Origin: a virus
Strand: one strand, 5' to 3'
IMG/VR virus record: IMGVR_UViG_3300001349_000001
Coordinates: 1 to 57,439 of that record
DNA: 57,439 bases
Both the position numbers and the translations under genes were made by a program. Below the pieces are notes generated by a model, which was not told the origin of the DNA, did not search any database, and saw only the letters and a program-made list of their open reading frames with translations. Positions 19,359 through 28,048 of the stretch are shown here, in pieces. How positions within the stretch are numbered: position 1 is the stretch's first letter; each line of letters begins with the position of its first letter.

Positions 19359-20408
19359 CTAAATATTAATGGTGTAGGTTACATTGTTAACTAAAGCTAT
19401 GTTCGTATATGTAATCTGACCTAAAGACTCAGGAGTTAATACAGTTCCTGCTGAATCAACATAAGTATTCCCCGGATTATAATCAACTTCCCAAGTTCCA
19501 GAACTTCCATCATCCCCTGTTATTGTACCCGACAGACTTCCTGACCCTGGGTTGCCTATGCCTCCGCTATTTATAATAGTAAATTCGCCTTTCCCTGTAG
19601 AAGGAAGATAAGTGAAAGATGTTAAAGCAAAGTTTGATAAGTTATTTATTGCTTGAATACCATATCCTTTAGTTTTTGTTAGTGAGCCTAACGTATAACA
19701 ATCAACTCCTGGAAGAGCTATTTGAGTAGTTGTTGGAGCAACTCCAACCCCTATTGCCCCTACAGGATTAGGACATGGAGATAAAGTTCCTTGATCAAAA
19801 CCAATTGTCTCTATTCCACTTGAAACCACTGATCCTGCAGTAAACGACCAAGACACTATAGGTGTCGCAGCTCCTTGATCAGTAGGGTCAGCGTAATCAT
19901 TATTGATGTTTATAAACCTTGGAGGATTAAGACCATCTGTAAAAAATAAAAGATCTCCAATTAAACTTACTCCAGTTATTAAATACTGAGGATTAAAATT
20001 TAAAGTGGTGAGAATCCCGCTTCCGTCATCAATACTAACCACATGATAGGTTACTTGACCTGTAACAGTGTTAAATGAAACAATCATATCACACCTACCT
20101 GTATTTCCTAAGGGGAACTTAGGGTCGTGAACAAACCAATATATAGTTTCGTTTGCACCATCCTCATGCACCCCTATTGTTCTTGCAGATTCGCTTAATG
20201 GTGTTTCTTGTAGAGTTTGAAAGTCAGTAAATATTAAGGCCGTTAAAACACTATTACCTTTAGAGTTTTCTACCGACCCAACTTCAGAAGCTTCAGTAGA
20301 TCCTAGCCTGACGTTTAAAGCATCTATATACTCTCCGTTAGGTACAAGCCTTTCGTCGACGCTTTTATTCATGCGTCCTTTAATAAAATGCCTTTTTAAT
20401 TTTGCCAT
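19359..20408 (-). CDS. Tail structural protein (349 aa)
   Basis: The N-terminus HFIKGRMNKSVDERLVPNGEYIDALNVR resembles the start of large virion proteins of Bacteroidota phages (recollection, unverified). The stop lies 2 nt before the 1508-aa gene. Confidence 0.45.
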   Translation of the reverse strand: MAKLKRHFIKGRMNKSVDERLVPNGEYIDALNVRLGSTEASEVGSVENSKGNSVLTALIFTDFQTLQETPLSESARTIGVHEDGANETIYWFVHDPKFPLGNTGRCDMIVSFNTVTGQVTYHVVSIDDGSGILTTLNFNPQYLITGVSLIGDLLFFTDGLNPPRFININNDYADPTDQGAATPIVSWSFTAGSVVSSGIETIGFDQGTLSPCPNPVGAIGVGVAPTTTQIALPGVDCYTLGSLTKTKGYGIQAINNLSNFALTSFTYLPSTGKGEFTIINSGGIGNPGSGSLSGTITGDDGSSGTWEVDYNPGNTYVDSAGTVLTPESLGQITYTNIALVNNVTYTINI

Positions 20409-20409
20409 A

Positions 20410-21330
20410 TTACTTTATCCACTTATTCTTCCCTCTCATATTCATAATAAGTCTTCCGGGATGAATATTGCTTAATCTAATTTTTGCGTTTCTTAAAAGA
20501 GCCGCTTTGTTTTTTCTAGCTCTATTTATAATATACTCTTGAACATTAAATTTACTATTTAATATTGCATAAGTTATATACGCATATATATACTCTTCAA
20601 ACATTTTATGGACACTAATTAAAGAGTCGTCTCCATTTTCCATTCCGTCTGATATATACTGTAATATGCAGCTTTGATTGGCCATGGTAGAATCAAAATT
20701 AATTACACCGGCTTTTTTATCTATAGTAAAAGTTGGGTTAATGTTAGCGGTCTCAGTATTTAAACCATATCTAGCTCCAATACGTGAATTATATATATCA
20801 CTATCATAATCATTTACCCCAGGATTAACATCTTCATCAATAGCGTCATTAAGATAAATACTTTTTAAGCTACCATTTAATCTTTGAGTATCTATATCCG
20901 AGGTCTCTTTAGAAACATTGTCGCTAGCATCATAAGTAAATCCTGCTGTTGATGTTTGAATATAAGAAACCGCCGATTGAACCTGTATATTTTCTGTTAA
21001 TTTTCTAACCACACCATCTTTAAATAAAGACAGGTCAACCCAATTAACATAATCAGAAGGAAGAACAAATCTTAAATCATCATAAACTTTTAATTCTAAA
21101 GATTTTATCTCTTTAAATGCGTCATAATTTAATTCTTGAATACCTCTTTTTGCATGAAACAATACCTTGTATCTACTTTCATTGTTTATTAAAGAATGGT
21201 TTCCGTCATACATCAACAAGAAGTTAGTAACTACATCAGCTAAACTTACATATTGAGACGAACCCCAATTTGCATCCGTAGGCGCAACCCCATCATTAGT
21301 ATAATATTTTTTTTGATCCATGTATGCCAT
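20410..21330 (-). CDS. Virion structural protein (306 aa)
   Basis: ORF packed 1-2 nt from its neighbours in the head-tail joining region. No motif recognised. Confidence 0.45.
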   Translation of the reverse strand: MAYMDQKKYYTNDGVAPTDANWGSSQYVSLADVVTNFLLMYDGNHSLINNESRYKVLFHAKRGIQELNYDAFKEIKSLELKVYDDLRFVLPSDYVNWVDLSLFKDGVVRKLTENIQVQSAVSYIQTSTAGFTYDASDNVSKETSDIDTQRLNGSLKSIYLNDAIDEDVNPGVNDYDSDIYNSRIGARYGLNTETANINPTFTIDKKAGVINFDSTMANQSCILQYISDGMENGDDSLISVHKMFEEYIYAYITYAILNSKFNVQEYIINRARKNKAALLRNAKIRLSNIHPGRLIMNMRGKNKWIK

Positions 21331-21332
21331 AC

Positions 21333-22061
21333 CTATTGCTGTTGATTTTGTAATTGTTCCTCTAATTGTCCAAACTTAACGACATCTCCTTCTCTTATCG
21401 ATATACCTGCATACTGAAGTATCTTAGCCACTAAATCATTAGCGTCATCTAAAGGAAGCTCGAAGTCTTGATAGTCAGGTTGACTTTGATCAAAAATAGG
21501 GTCTCCACTTAATATAGTGGTATAGGTCCATTTAGGGTCTTTAGGGTATCTAATATATTGTGATTGAATATCTCCTGCAGTATTATATGTTGCTGGAAAT
21601 ATTGTCAAACTATTTCCTTCTTGAGTATAGGCGGGATATGCAATAGAGGGAGCTGTTAAAACAGAATTGTTTAAAAGTGTTATTTTACTATGACTTACTT
21701 TTTCCGCCTCTCCCTTATATACACCACCAGAAGAACAAAGGATTTTATTTAGTAAATAATAATCCGATCCAGTAGTGTTTGCAGTAGGAACAGAAAAAAC
21801 ATTTAAAGCCACTTGAGATAAAACTGATGTTACTGAAAAAGTATCTATCACCTCCTCTAGTCCTTTCTTTATGTCCGCATAACCAGTTCCTGATACACGT
21901 GAATTCTCTTTATTTATTTGTTGATTATATGAATAAAAATATTCATCGAATATATCCAACTGAGCTTGCTTCGCAAAAAGGTTAAAATCTGATGGAGATA
22001 TATAACCATAGTTATTTTTATTTATAATCGCTAAAACTGTATTTCGTACAGAATTTATCAT
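21333..22061 (-). CDS. Virion structural protein, head-tail adaptor candidate (242 aa)
   Basis: First gene after a terminator/promoter pair downstream of the capsid genes. The call is positional. Confidence 0.4.
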   Translation of the reverse strand: MINSVRNTVLAIINKNNYGYISPSDFNLFAKQAQLDIFDEYFYSYNQQINKENSRVSGTGYADIKKGLEEVIDTFSVTSVLSQVALNVFSVPTANTTGSDYYLLNKILCSSGGVYKGEAEKVSHSKITLLNNSVLTAPSIAYPAYTQEGNSLTIFPATYNTAGDIQSQYIRYPKDPKWTYTTILSGDPIFDQSQPDYQDFELPLDDANDLVAKILQYAGISIREGDVVKFGQLEEQLQNQQQ

Positions 22062-22077
22062 TGCTAATTCTTTTGCA

Positions 22078-22085
22078 CAAAGATA
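22078..22085 (-). promoter_or_regulatory. Bacteroidota-type -7 box (TATCTTTG on the minus strand)
   Basis: Matches TAnnTTTG, 16 nt upstream of the 242-aa gene and directly after the terminator at 22089-22117. Confidence 0.45.
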
Positions 22086-22088
22086 AGC

Positions 22089-22117
22089 AAAAAAAAAGAG
22101 GTCAATTTTTTGACCCC
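22089..22117 (-). terminator. Rho-independent terminator
   Basis: Minus-strand hairpin GGTCAA-AAAA-TTGACC followed by TCTTTTTTTTT, 16 nt after the stop of the 250-aa gene. Confidence 0.75.
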
Positions 22118-22132
22118 TTCATTTATCTCCTC

Positions 22133-22885
22133 TTACTTATCCTTAGATAACTGCCTAAGATGTTTGTATGATTCTACTCCATCATCTGATTGAAAGAAGG
22201 ATGCGGCCATATACATATAGTCTTCGCCGTAAGGAACATTAAGCATCTTCTTTTTATTTGAAGGCGTATTAAACCACACCTCTTTTTTATTATTTCTAAG
22301 ACTCAATAAATTCTTATCAAAGAAAGATTGAACAGTAGCGTTCATTTTTAACATAGGATCTTTAAGTAAGGTTAAAAAACCTTTAGGGTCAGACTTTGCG
22401 AATATTAATATATCTCTTCGCAGCTCTGCTGTCGTAATTTTAGAAACATCACTTCCAAATAAAACTCTAGCTACATTCTCTACTTGATCTAATTCTAATT
22501 GTCTAGCTTCAATTAAGGCATCTACCTCTAAGTTTAAGTCCTCAACAATCTCTGCAGCTTCTTTTGCTTTATCTACCTCTACGAAAAGACTTCCGTTCCC
22601 TGGGTGTAAAGATAAAAACTGCTGTAGCACTTGATTATTTTTAGGGACGTTTAAAAATCCGTCATCAAAAACAATTGGCTCTAAAATAGCATTGTTATCT
22701 TGCTCGTCTTGGAAAGGTGTTTTTTGATTTCTAGCGTATCTTAAAGGACGATTAGTTCCTTCTTTTTCATCCCAATGTAATAAAGGGTATCTCTGAGTAT
22801 GTCGAGAAGCTAGTATTAATGATAATGGTGGAGTTTCTCTTACTAATTTGTATTGTTTATCTACAAAAACTGTATTCTTTTTCAT
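22133..22885 (-). CDS. Conserved phage protein adjacent to the major capsid gene (250 aa), function unknown
   Basis: ORF flanked by terminators. The motif RPLRYARNQKTPFQDEQ...LHPGNG resembles MCP-neighbouring ORFs of Bacteroidota phages (recollection). Confidence 0.45.
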   Translation of the reverse strand: MKKNTVFVDKQYKLVRETPPLSLILASRHTQRYPLLHWDEKEGTNRPLRYARNQKTPFQDEQDNNAILEPIVFDDGFLNVPKNNQVLQQFLSLHPGNGSLFVEVDKAKEAAEIVEDLNLEVDALIEARQLELDQVENVARVLFGSDVSKITTAELRRDILIFAKSDPKGFLTLLKDPMLKMNATVQSFFDKNLLSLRNNKKEVWFNTPSNKKKMLNVPYGEDYMYMAASFFQSDDGVESYKHLRQLSKDK

Positions 22886-22914
22886 TGTATATAATTTAGA
22901 TTTAATTTAAAGTT

Positions 22915-22946
22915 TATAAAATAATGGGGGTTTTTACACCCCCATT
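22915..22946 (-). terminator. Hairpin terminator/attenuator after the major capsid gene
   Basis: Perfect 9-bp stem (AATGGGGGT/ACCCCCATT), 6-nt loop, 14 nt after the MCP stop, followed by an A/T-rich tail (ATTTTAT). Confidence 0.55.
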
Positions 22947-22959
22947 AAAAGTCAATCTA

Positions 22960-24417
22960 CTATTCTTGGAATAAGAAGAAGTTGTTAGCACCTAAAGTAC
23001 AAACAGCTCTCTCAGACAAGAAGTTAACTTGCATATTATCGATATCGCTAGTAGCAGCACCACCGGCAGATCCCGTAATCCAAGTTTTGTAACGTCGATC
23101 TTCTGTTTCAGAAGCTCTGTAACGAACGTGTAAGAAAGGTCGCTTAGCGTTCTTTCCTAAGATTTGATCGTAAACACTTGTAGATCCAGCAGGTACAAGT
23201 AATCCATTTACTCGTCCAGAGTTAGCTCCTAAAGGAAGTCCTCCTCGCATTGTAGGATCGTTTAAGTATTTCCAGTCAGTCTTATAGAAGTCATATCCTC
23301 TACGGAATCCTGAGAAACCTAGATTTAATGCCATCTCTTCATCATTGTCAAATAGACCATAAGAAGTACCACCTGCTCCGTAAGAGTTTTGTGCAGCTAA
23401 CATGTCATCAATGTCAAATCCAAATTGACGATCAAGGAAAATAACATTTTCTTCGATAGACCCTTGCTTATCTAAACGAGAGATGATAGCATCAAAATCT
23501 GCTAAAGCTTGTGGGTTTCCACCATTCCAGATATTTCCTCTTTGAGAAACAGAATAAAAGATACCATCAGATCCAGCACCAGGATTTGCCGCACCAGCAG
23601 CGCTACCTAATGCAGCAGCAGCTCCTGAGTTTTGCTCAGCAGGTACAGCTTCAATCATTGCAGTCTCTAAGTAGTCATCAAAACGTAAACGAGTTTCATG
23701 CTCTGATTTTAAATACCATAAGTATCCAGTAGCTCCGTCTTCAGTAGTAACTTCTACCCATCCAATTTGAGCCATGTCAGATCCAGAAACAGTATACGTG
23801 TCTTTTAAGATGATAGGCTTGTTTTCAAAGATAAAGTCATTAGACTCAAGAGAACCAACCATTCCAGCAGTTCCTTTTCTAAATTCTGAACCATAAATAA
23901 AGATAGTAACATCAGCGTTAGCATCTCCAGTTCCAGCAGCGATTAATCCTCCTGCTTCGTAGAAAGAACAAGTAAATTGTCCAGCTCCACCACCTGCGTT
24001 ATTCACAGCAGTAACAACAGCTTTATTCATACCAGCGCCACTGTTTTGTACAACAGCAATAGTTTGACCTACTCTTACAACTTGTTGAGCTGCAGCAGGG
24101 TCAATAACGTCATTTACTTGAAAAGTAGCTGCGTCTGCATTAATAAGAGCAGCAGTACCTACTTGAGTATATTTAGTGTGTAGTCTACCTTGTTCTGCCC
24201 ATTTTATAAGGTCAGAATTTGTAGGCATCTCAGCTCCTACCATACGTAAGAATGAAGAGATAGTTCTGTTTCCATAACGTTCAAACTCTTTTTCATAAGT
24301 ATCAGGAAGATACTGATTTAAAAAGTCGAAGTTAGTAATGTAATTCTCTGTTCCAGGGGTTCTTTCTGAACTTGGAGTTAGAGCGAATGTCGGGGTTGCA
24401 TTTACCGATCCAGCCAT
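22960..24417 (-). CDS. Major capsid protein (485 aa)
   Basis: Canonical position after portal and scaffold. Codon usage is visibly less AT-skewed than in its neighbours, and a strong hairpin follows it. Confidence 0.7.
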   Translation of the reverse strand: MAGSVNATPTFALTPSSERTPGTENYITNFDFLNQYLPDTYEKEFERYGNRTISSFLRMVGAEMPTNSDLIKWAEQGRLHTKYTQVGTAALINADAATFQVNDVIDPAAAQQVVRVGQTIAVVQNSGAGMNKAVVTAVNNAGGGAGQFTCSFYEAGGLIAAGTGDANADVTIFIYGSEFRKGTAGMVGSLESNDFIFENKPIILKDTYTVSGSDMAQIGWVEVTTEDGATGYLWYLKSEHETRLRFDDYLETAMIEAVPAEQNSGAAAALGSAAGAANPGAGSDGIFYSVSQRGNIWNGGNPQALADFDAIISRLDKQGSIEENVIFLDRQFGFDIDDMLAAQNSYGAGGTSYGLFDNDEEMALNLGFSGFRRGYDFYKTDWKYLNDPTMRGGLPLGANSGRVNGLLVPAGSTSVYDQILGKNAKRPFLHVRYRASETEDRRYKTWITGSAGGAATSDIDNMQVNFLSERAVCTLGANNFFLFQE

Positions 24418-24433
24418 AATTTTTTAATTTTTT

Positions 24434-25564
24434 TTAGGTTCTTTTAATACTTTTAATTTTTAATCCTTTACTCGATGGTTTCGATAAAGATTTTACTTGC
24501 ATTCCTCCTTTAGTAGAAACCTCTGGAGTTCTACGCTCTGACATGTTTATGTTTTTTGTCTTGCGTATCACGTCTTCAGTCGCTTGTGATTTACCTTGTT
24601 CAAAAAAGAACTGAGCAAATTTATCAGGATTCATTGCGATTGCTAAAGATCTATGGTATCCTTCCGCATCAGTTAAAAGTCCATTAGAGTCTAAGTATTT
24701 ATTTACAAAATTCAAAGGAGTCTCTTGAGCTTTCTTTAATTCAGAAGTGCTACCCGGAGAAAACGTAACATCTGCGTCGTTCAATTTGAATTTAAAACCT
24801 TTAAACTCTGAACTGAATACCTCGTCGCTTTTCTTCGAGAACCATTCACGCTTACGATTTGCTTCCTCTTGTTGAGATTTAGCGGTACTTAAATATTGCT
24901 TATACTCCTTTAGTTCTTCATTAGCTTCGTTAGAACTACCGATTGACTCAAGCGGTTGTTTGTATAACTCTTGCTGTTCATTGAAAAACCTAGTTGCTTT
25001 AGCAATAGCTTTTTTCTTTGCTAATTTAGTTTTCTTAATCACCGATTCGTCATCTAGCTCTTCATCATAATCATAATCCTCTAGTATGGAGTTGATATCT
25101 TCTGAATCTAAACCTTCTTCCGTAAGTGTAAAGTACTCTCTTAGCAAAGAATCAGGATTCATTTTAGTGTAGTCTTGTTGTAATTTAACAAAATCACCAA
25201 TTCCTCGTCCTGTTTCTTTTTTATATTTAAAGTAAGCGGCTACATCTTCAGGCAATTCTTCTGCCTCTTCTTTAGCCTCCATTAATTCTTCAATAGAATT
25301 AATTTCTTTACCATATCTATTTCCAATATATGAAAGAACATCTTCCTCTTTTAGCTCGTAATCTTCTTTAATAGAAGCGTTATCTTCTAATACAGGCTCT
25401 TCTTTTTTTTCTTCTTCGGCATCATCAATCTGATTCTTTTCACTTACAGGCTGTTCGCTTGACTCTTCAGAAAACTGCTCTTCATGTTTGTCAAGTAGCT
25501 CTTGTTCAATTTCTTGTGAAGATTTTGAATCTACATTCGTTACCTCTCTTACTTTTATATCCAT
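24434..25564 (-). CDS. Scaffolding protein (376 aa)
   Basis: Highly acidic, Glu/Lys-rich helical protein encoded between the portal and MCP genes. Confidence 0.65.
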   Translation of the reverse strand: MDIKVREVTNVDSKSSQEIEQELLDKHEEQFSEESSEQPVSEKNQIDDAEEEKKEEPVLEDNASIKEDYELKEEDVLSYIGNRYGKEINSIEELMEAKEEAEELPEDVAAYFKYKKETGRGIGDFVKLQQDYTKMNPDSLLREYFTLTEEGLDSEDINSILEDYDYDEELDDESVIKKTKLAKKKAIAKATRFFNEQQELYKQPLESIGSSNEANEELKEYKQYLSTAKSQQEEANRKREWFSKKSDEVFSSEFKGFKFKLNDADVTFSPGSTSELKKAQETPLNFVNKYLDSNGLLTDAEGYHRSLAIAMNPDKFAQFFFEQGKSQATEDVIRKTKNINMSERRTPEVSTKGGMQVKSLSKPSSKGLKIKSIKRT

Positions 25565-25582
25565 TTGATTTGATTTAAGTTA

Positions 25583-25590
25583 CAAATTTA
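25583..25590 (-). promoter_or_regulatory. Bacteroidota-type -7 box (TAAATTTG on the minus strand)
   Basis: Matches TAnnTTTG, 18 nt upstream of the scaffold gene start. Confidence 0.4.
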
Positions 25591-25612
25591 AGAAAAATAT
25601 AAAGACACTTTT

Positions 25613-28048
25613 TTACCTTGGAGAAAACTCAGCTAAATCAAAACCATCTAGAGAATCTTCATTAGACTCAAAATTCTTAGGCGGTAAATTGTTTTTTCTT
25701 TGATTTATTAATTGAGATTGCTCGGTATTCTGCTGACTTATCCTATCTTTCTTTGCTTCTTCTCTACTACCCTCTCTTTTTGCTAACTGAGAATCGCTAA
25801 TGCCTTGTAGCTGTAAATTGTAATTAAACTCTTGCTGCATTAGTTGAGACTTTAATTCAGCCTCGGCCTTTGTCTTTTCTATTTCAAAGGCAATTTCAGC
25901 TTGCTTGTATTTCATTTTCCCTTGAGTCTCTAATTCTATTTTTTGAATAGCTACTTGAGCTGCCATCTCTTGAGACTTAAGTTGCTGCTGAGCAGTTATA
26001 GCTTGACGTTGCATTTCTTTCTTTTCGTCTATCTCTTGCTTAGATTTTCTTTTAACTTTCAGTAATTGATTAGCCAGTTTAAGATTTCTTATCTCTCTAA
26101 TATCAATAGCATCCTCTAAATTAATATCTCCTTTAGATAGCGCCATTTGAATATTCTGTTCAAGCAAAGCTTTTTCTTCTTCGTCTGGAGATAATTCAAT
26201 AAATACTCCAAAGTCATAAATATATAACTCAGATATCTCCCCTAAAATACTTACATTATATTTTCCTATTTTATTTATAAAGTCATCTTTAAAATCAGAA
26301 TACTCAAGTATGTCTGCAACTCTATAAGTTAAAGCCTCAGCTAAAGTTCTATACATATAAAGACTACCATCTAAAATATGTCTAGTGGCTGTATTTGAAC
26401 TTAATGCTGCTAACTTTTGAACACCAACTAAAGCGTCTGAATTAGGGGAAGACCCGTCTCTGGCTTCATTTAAGCCTGTTACAGCCCTTATCATGCTTAA
26501 GTAGTGGTTATAGTTAGCTATAAGCATTTGTGTCTTAGAAGCTCCTGAATTGGACGTGAGCTGCTGTATAGGCACTTTACCTTGATTATAATCCCCTTCT
26601 TGGGTATAACTTCTTCCTATTACACTACCTGTTTGGAAGTATAATCTTAAAGCATCTTCTGGATTATACGCTGATCCTGTACCTAAGTCAACTTCATTTA
26701 AACCATCCGCATCAATATACACTCCGTCTGGAACTACTTTAGCTATAACTTGCTGAAGTTTTAAATGTGTCATTTGAATTAGATCAGCAAAAGGTATCAT
26801 TCTCCTAACAAGAGATTCGATATTGCCTTTATACATTCTAGGTGCAGTAGCTACATAATTAGGTATTGCATGCTGAGAAGAAGATTTAGGCCGAACCATA
26901 TTTTCAGCAAGCTCCCACTTAAGCAAAATATTAGTACCCATAACCATTACCCCCTCATACCAAACATCTATAGTTTTTTCTATCTTTTCAAAGTTTCCAT
27001 CTTCTATCATTTCCTCAGGAGGATTGAAGGTGTCATCTTTTTCTATCATTCTAGAAGCTCCACCATCTAACTTCTTTTTTTTGTAAACTATTTTCTTAGT
27101 AGACTTGTAATTAAAATACATTAACGTACAGCTATCTCTGTAAAAAATATCGTTCTCGTAATATTGAGCAGTATTGAAATAGTCATACCAGCTTTGGCTA
27201 TATTGAGATATTACTTCTAGATCAGCATTAGTTAGTGTAGTATCAATCTTATTCAACTCTGTAATTGGAACAGTTTTTATTTCTCCCCAATAAAAGCAAT
27301 CTTTAAAATTTGGATCTTCTGTGTAACTATAAACCACATTAGCGGGGTCTACGTAAGAAACTTTTACACCTGATCCTGGAAGAAACTCATGTTTAGCAAC
27401 ACTCATCCCTACAACCATTTGATCATAATCTAATCTTTTTCGTATATCAGAATAATGATTCTCAGCAAACATAGTATCAATCGCTTCTTCTTCCGCAATT
27501 TCTATAGCTGGTTTATAGTTTAAATTCATATATAAAGAAAGCTCCTCGTCCGTAGAGGGAAGATCGTCGGGGTTCATTATAAAAGGATCAAACCCCGTGT
27601 TGTCTTTCACTGTCTGAAGAACTTCTTTGGCAGCCATTTGACCTTCTACCATTTCTTGGTACTTACTTCTTTTGGCTTGAGACAGCGCATCTTGAGCATA
27701 AACATTAACCTTAAATAACCTGTCAGACATTCCGTTAACAACTATGTCTACAAACTTCGGTATTATAGGAACAGGAGTCCAGTCTAGGTTAAGATAGGAA
27801 AGATCACCATCAACAGCTAATTCATTTTTATACTTAGCAACTGATTGCTCTCCTCTAGCATACAGTCTAAGTCTATTGAAATCCCTCCATTGACTATAAT
27901 ATCTACAGCCTCCTGAGTCTTTTCTAAACCATTCGTATTGTATTGCTTGACCTATCTGTAATCCAAACTCTTCAGTTGCTTTTTCAGCATCTGAAACAAA
28001 TTGACTTGGAAATCCTACAGATGAAATATTTACACTAACTTCCTTCAT
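25613..28048 (-). CDS. Portal protein (811 aa) with a Gln/Glu/Lys-rich C-terminal extension
   Basis: Starts in an ATGA overlap with the TerL stop. Size and position are typical of a portal. The C-terminal ~170 aa look like coiled coil. Confidence 0.7.
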   Translation of the reverse strand: MKEVSVNISSVGFPSQFVSDAEKATEEFGLQIGQAIQYEWFRKDSGGCRYYSQWRDFNRLRLYARGEQSVAKYKNELAVDGDLSYLNLDWTPVPIIPKFVDIVVNGMSDRLFKVNVYAQDALSQAKRSKYQEMVEGQMAAKEVLQTVKDNTGFDPFIMNPDDLPSTDEELSLYMNLNYKPAIEIAEEEAIDTMFAENHYSDIRKRLDYDQMVVGMSVAKHEFLPGSGVKVSYVDPANVVYSYTEDPNFKDCFYWGEIKTVPITELNKIDTTLTNADLEVISQYSQSWYDYFNTAQYYENDIFYRDSCTLMYFNYKSTKKIVYKKKKLDGGASRMIEKDDTFNPPEEMIEDGNFEKIEKTIDVWYEGVMVMGTNILLKWELAENMVRPKSSSQHAIPNYVATAPRMYKGNIESLVRRMIPFADLIQMTHLKLQQVIAKVVPDGVYIDADGLNEVDLGTGSAYNPEDALRLYFQTGSVIGRSYTQEGDYNQGKVPIQQLTSNSGASKTQMLIANYNHYLSMIRAVTGLNEARDGSSPNSDALVGVQKLAALSSNTATRHILDGSLYMYRTLAEALTYRVADILEYSDFKDDFINKIGKYNVSILGEISELYIYDFGVFIELSPDEEEKALLEQNIQMALSKGDINLEDAIDIREIRNLKLANQLLKVKRKSKQEIDEKKEMQRQAITAQQQLKSQEMAAQVAIQKIELETQGKMKYKQAEIAFEIEKTKAEAELKSQLMQQEFNYNLQLQGISDSQLAKREGSREEAKKDRISQQNTEQSQLINQRKNNLPPKNFESNEDSLDGFDLAEFSPR

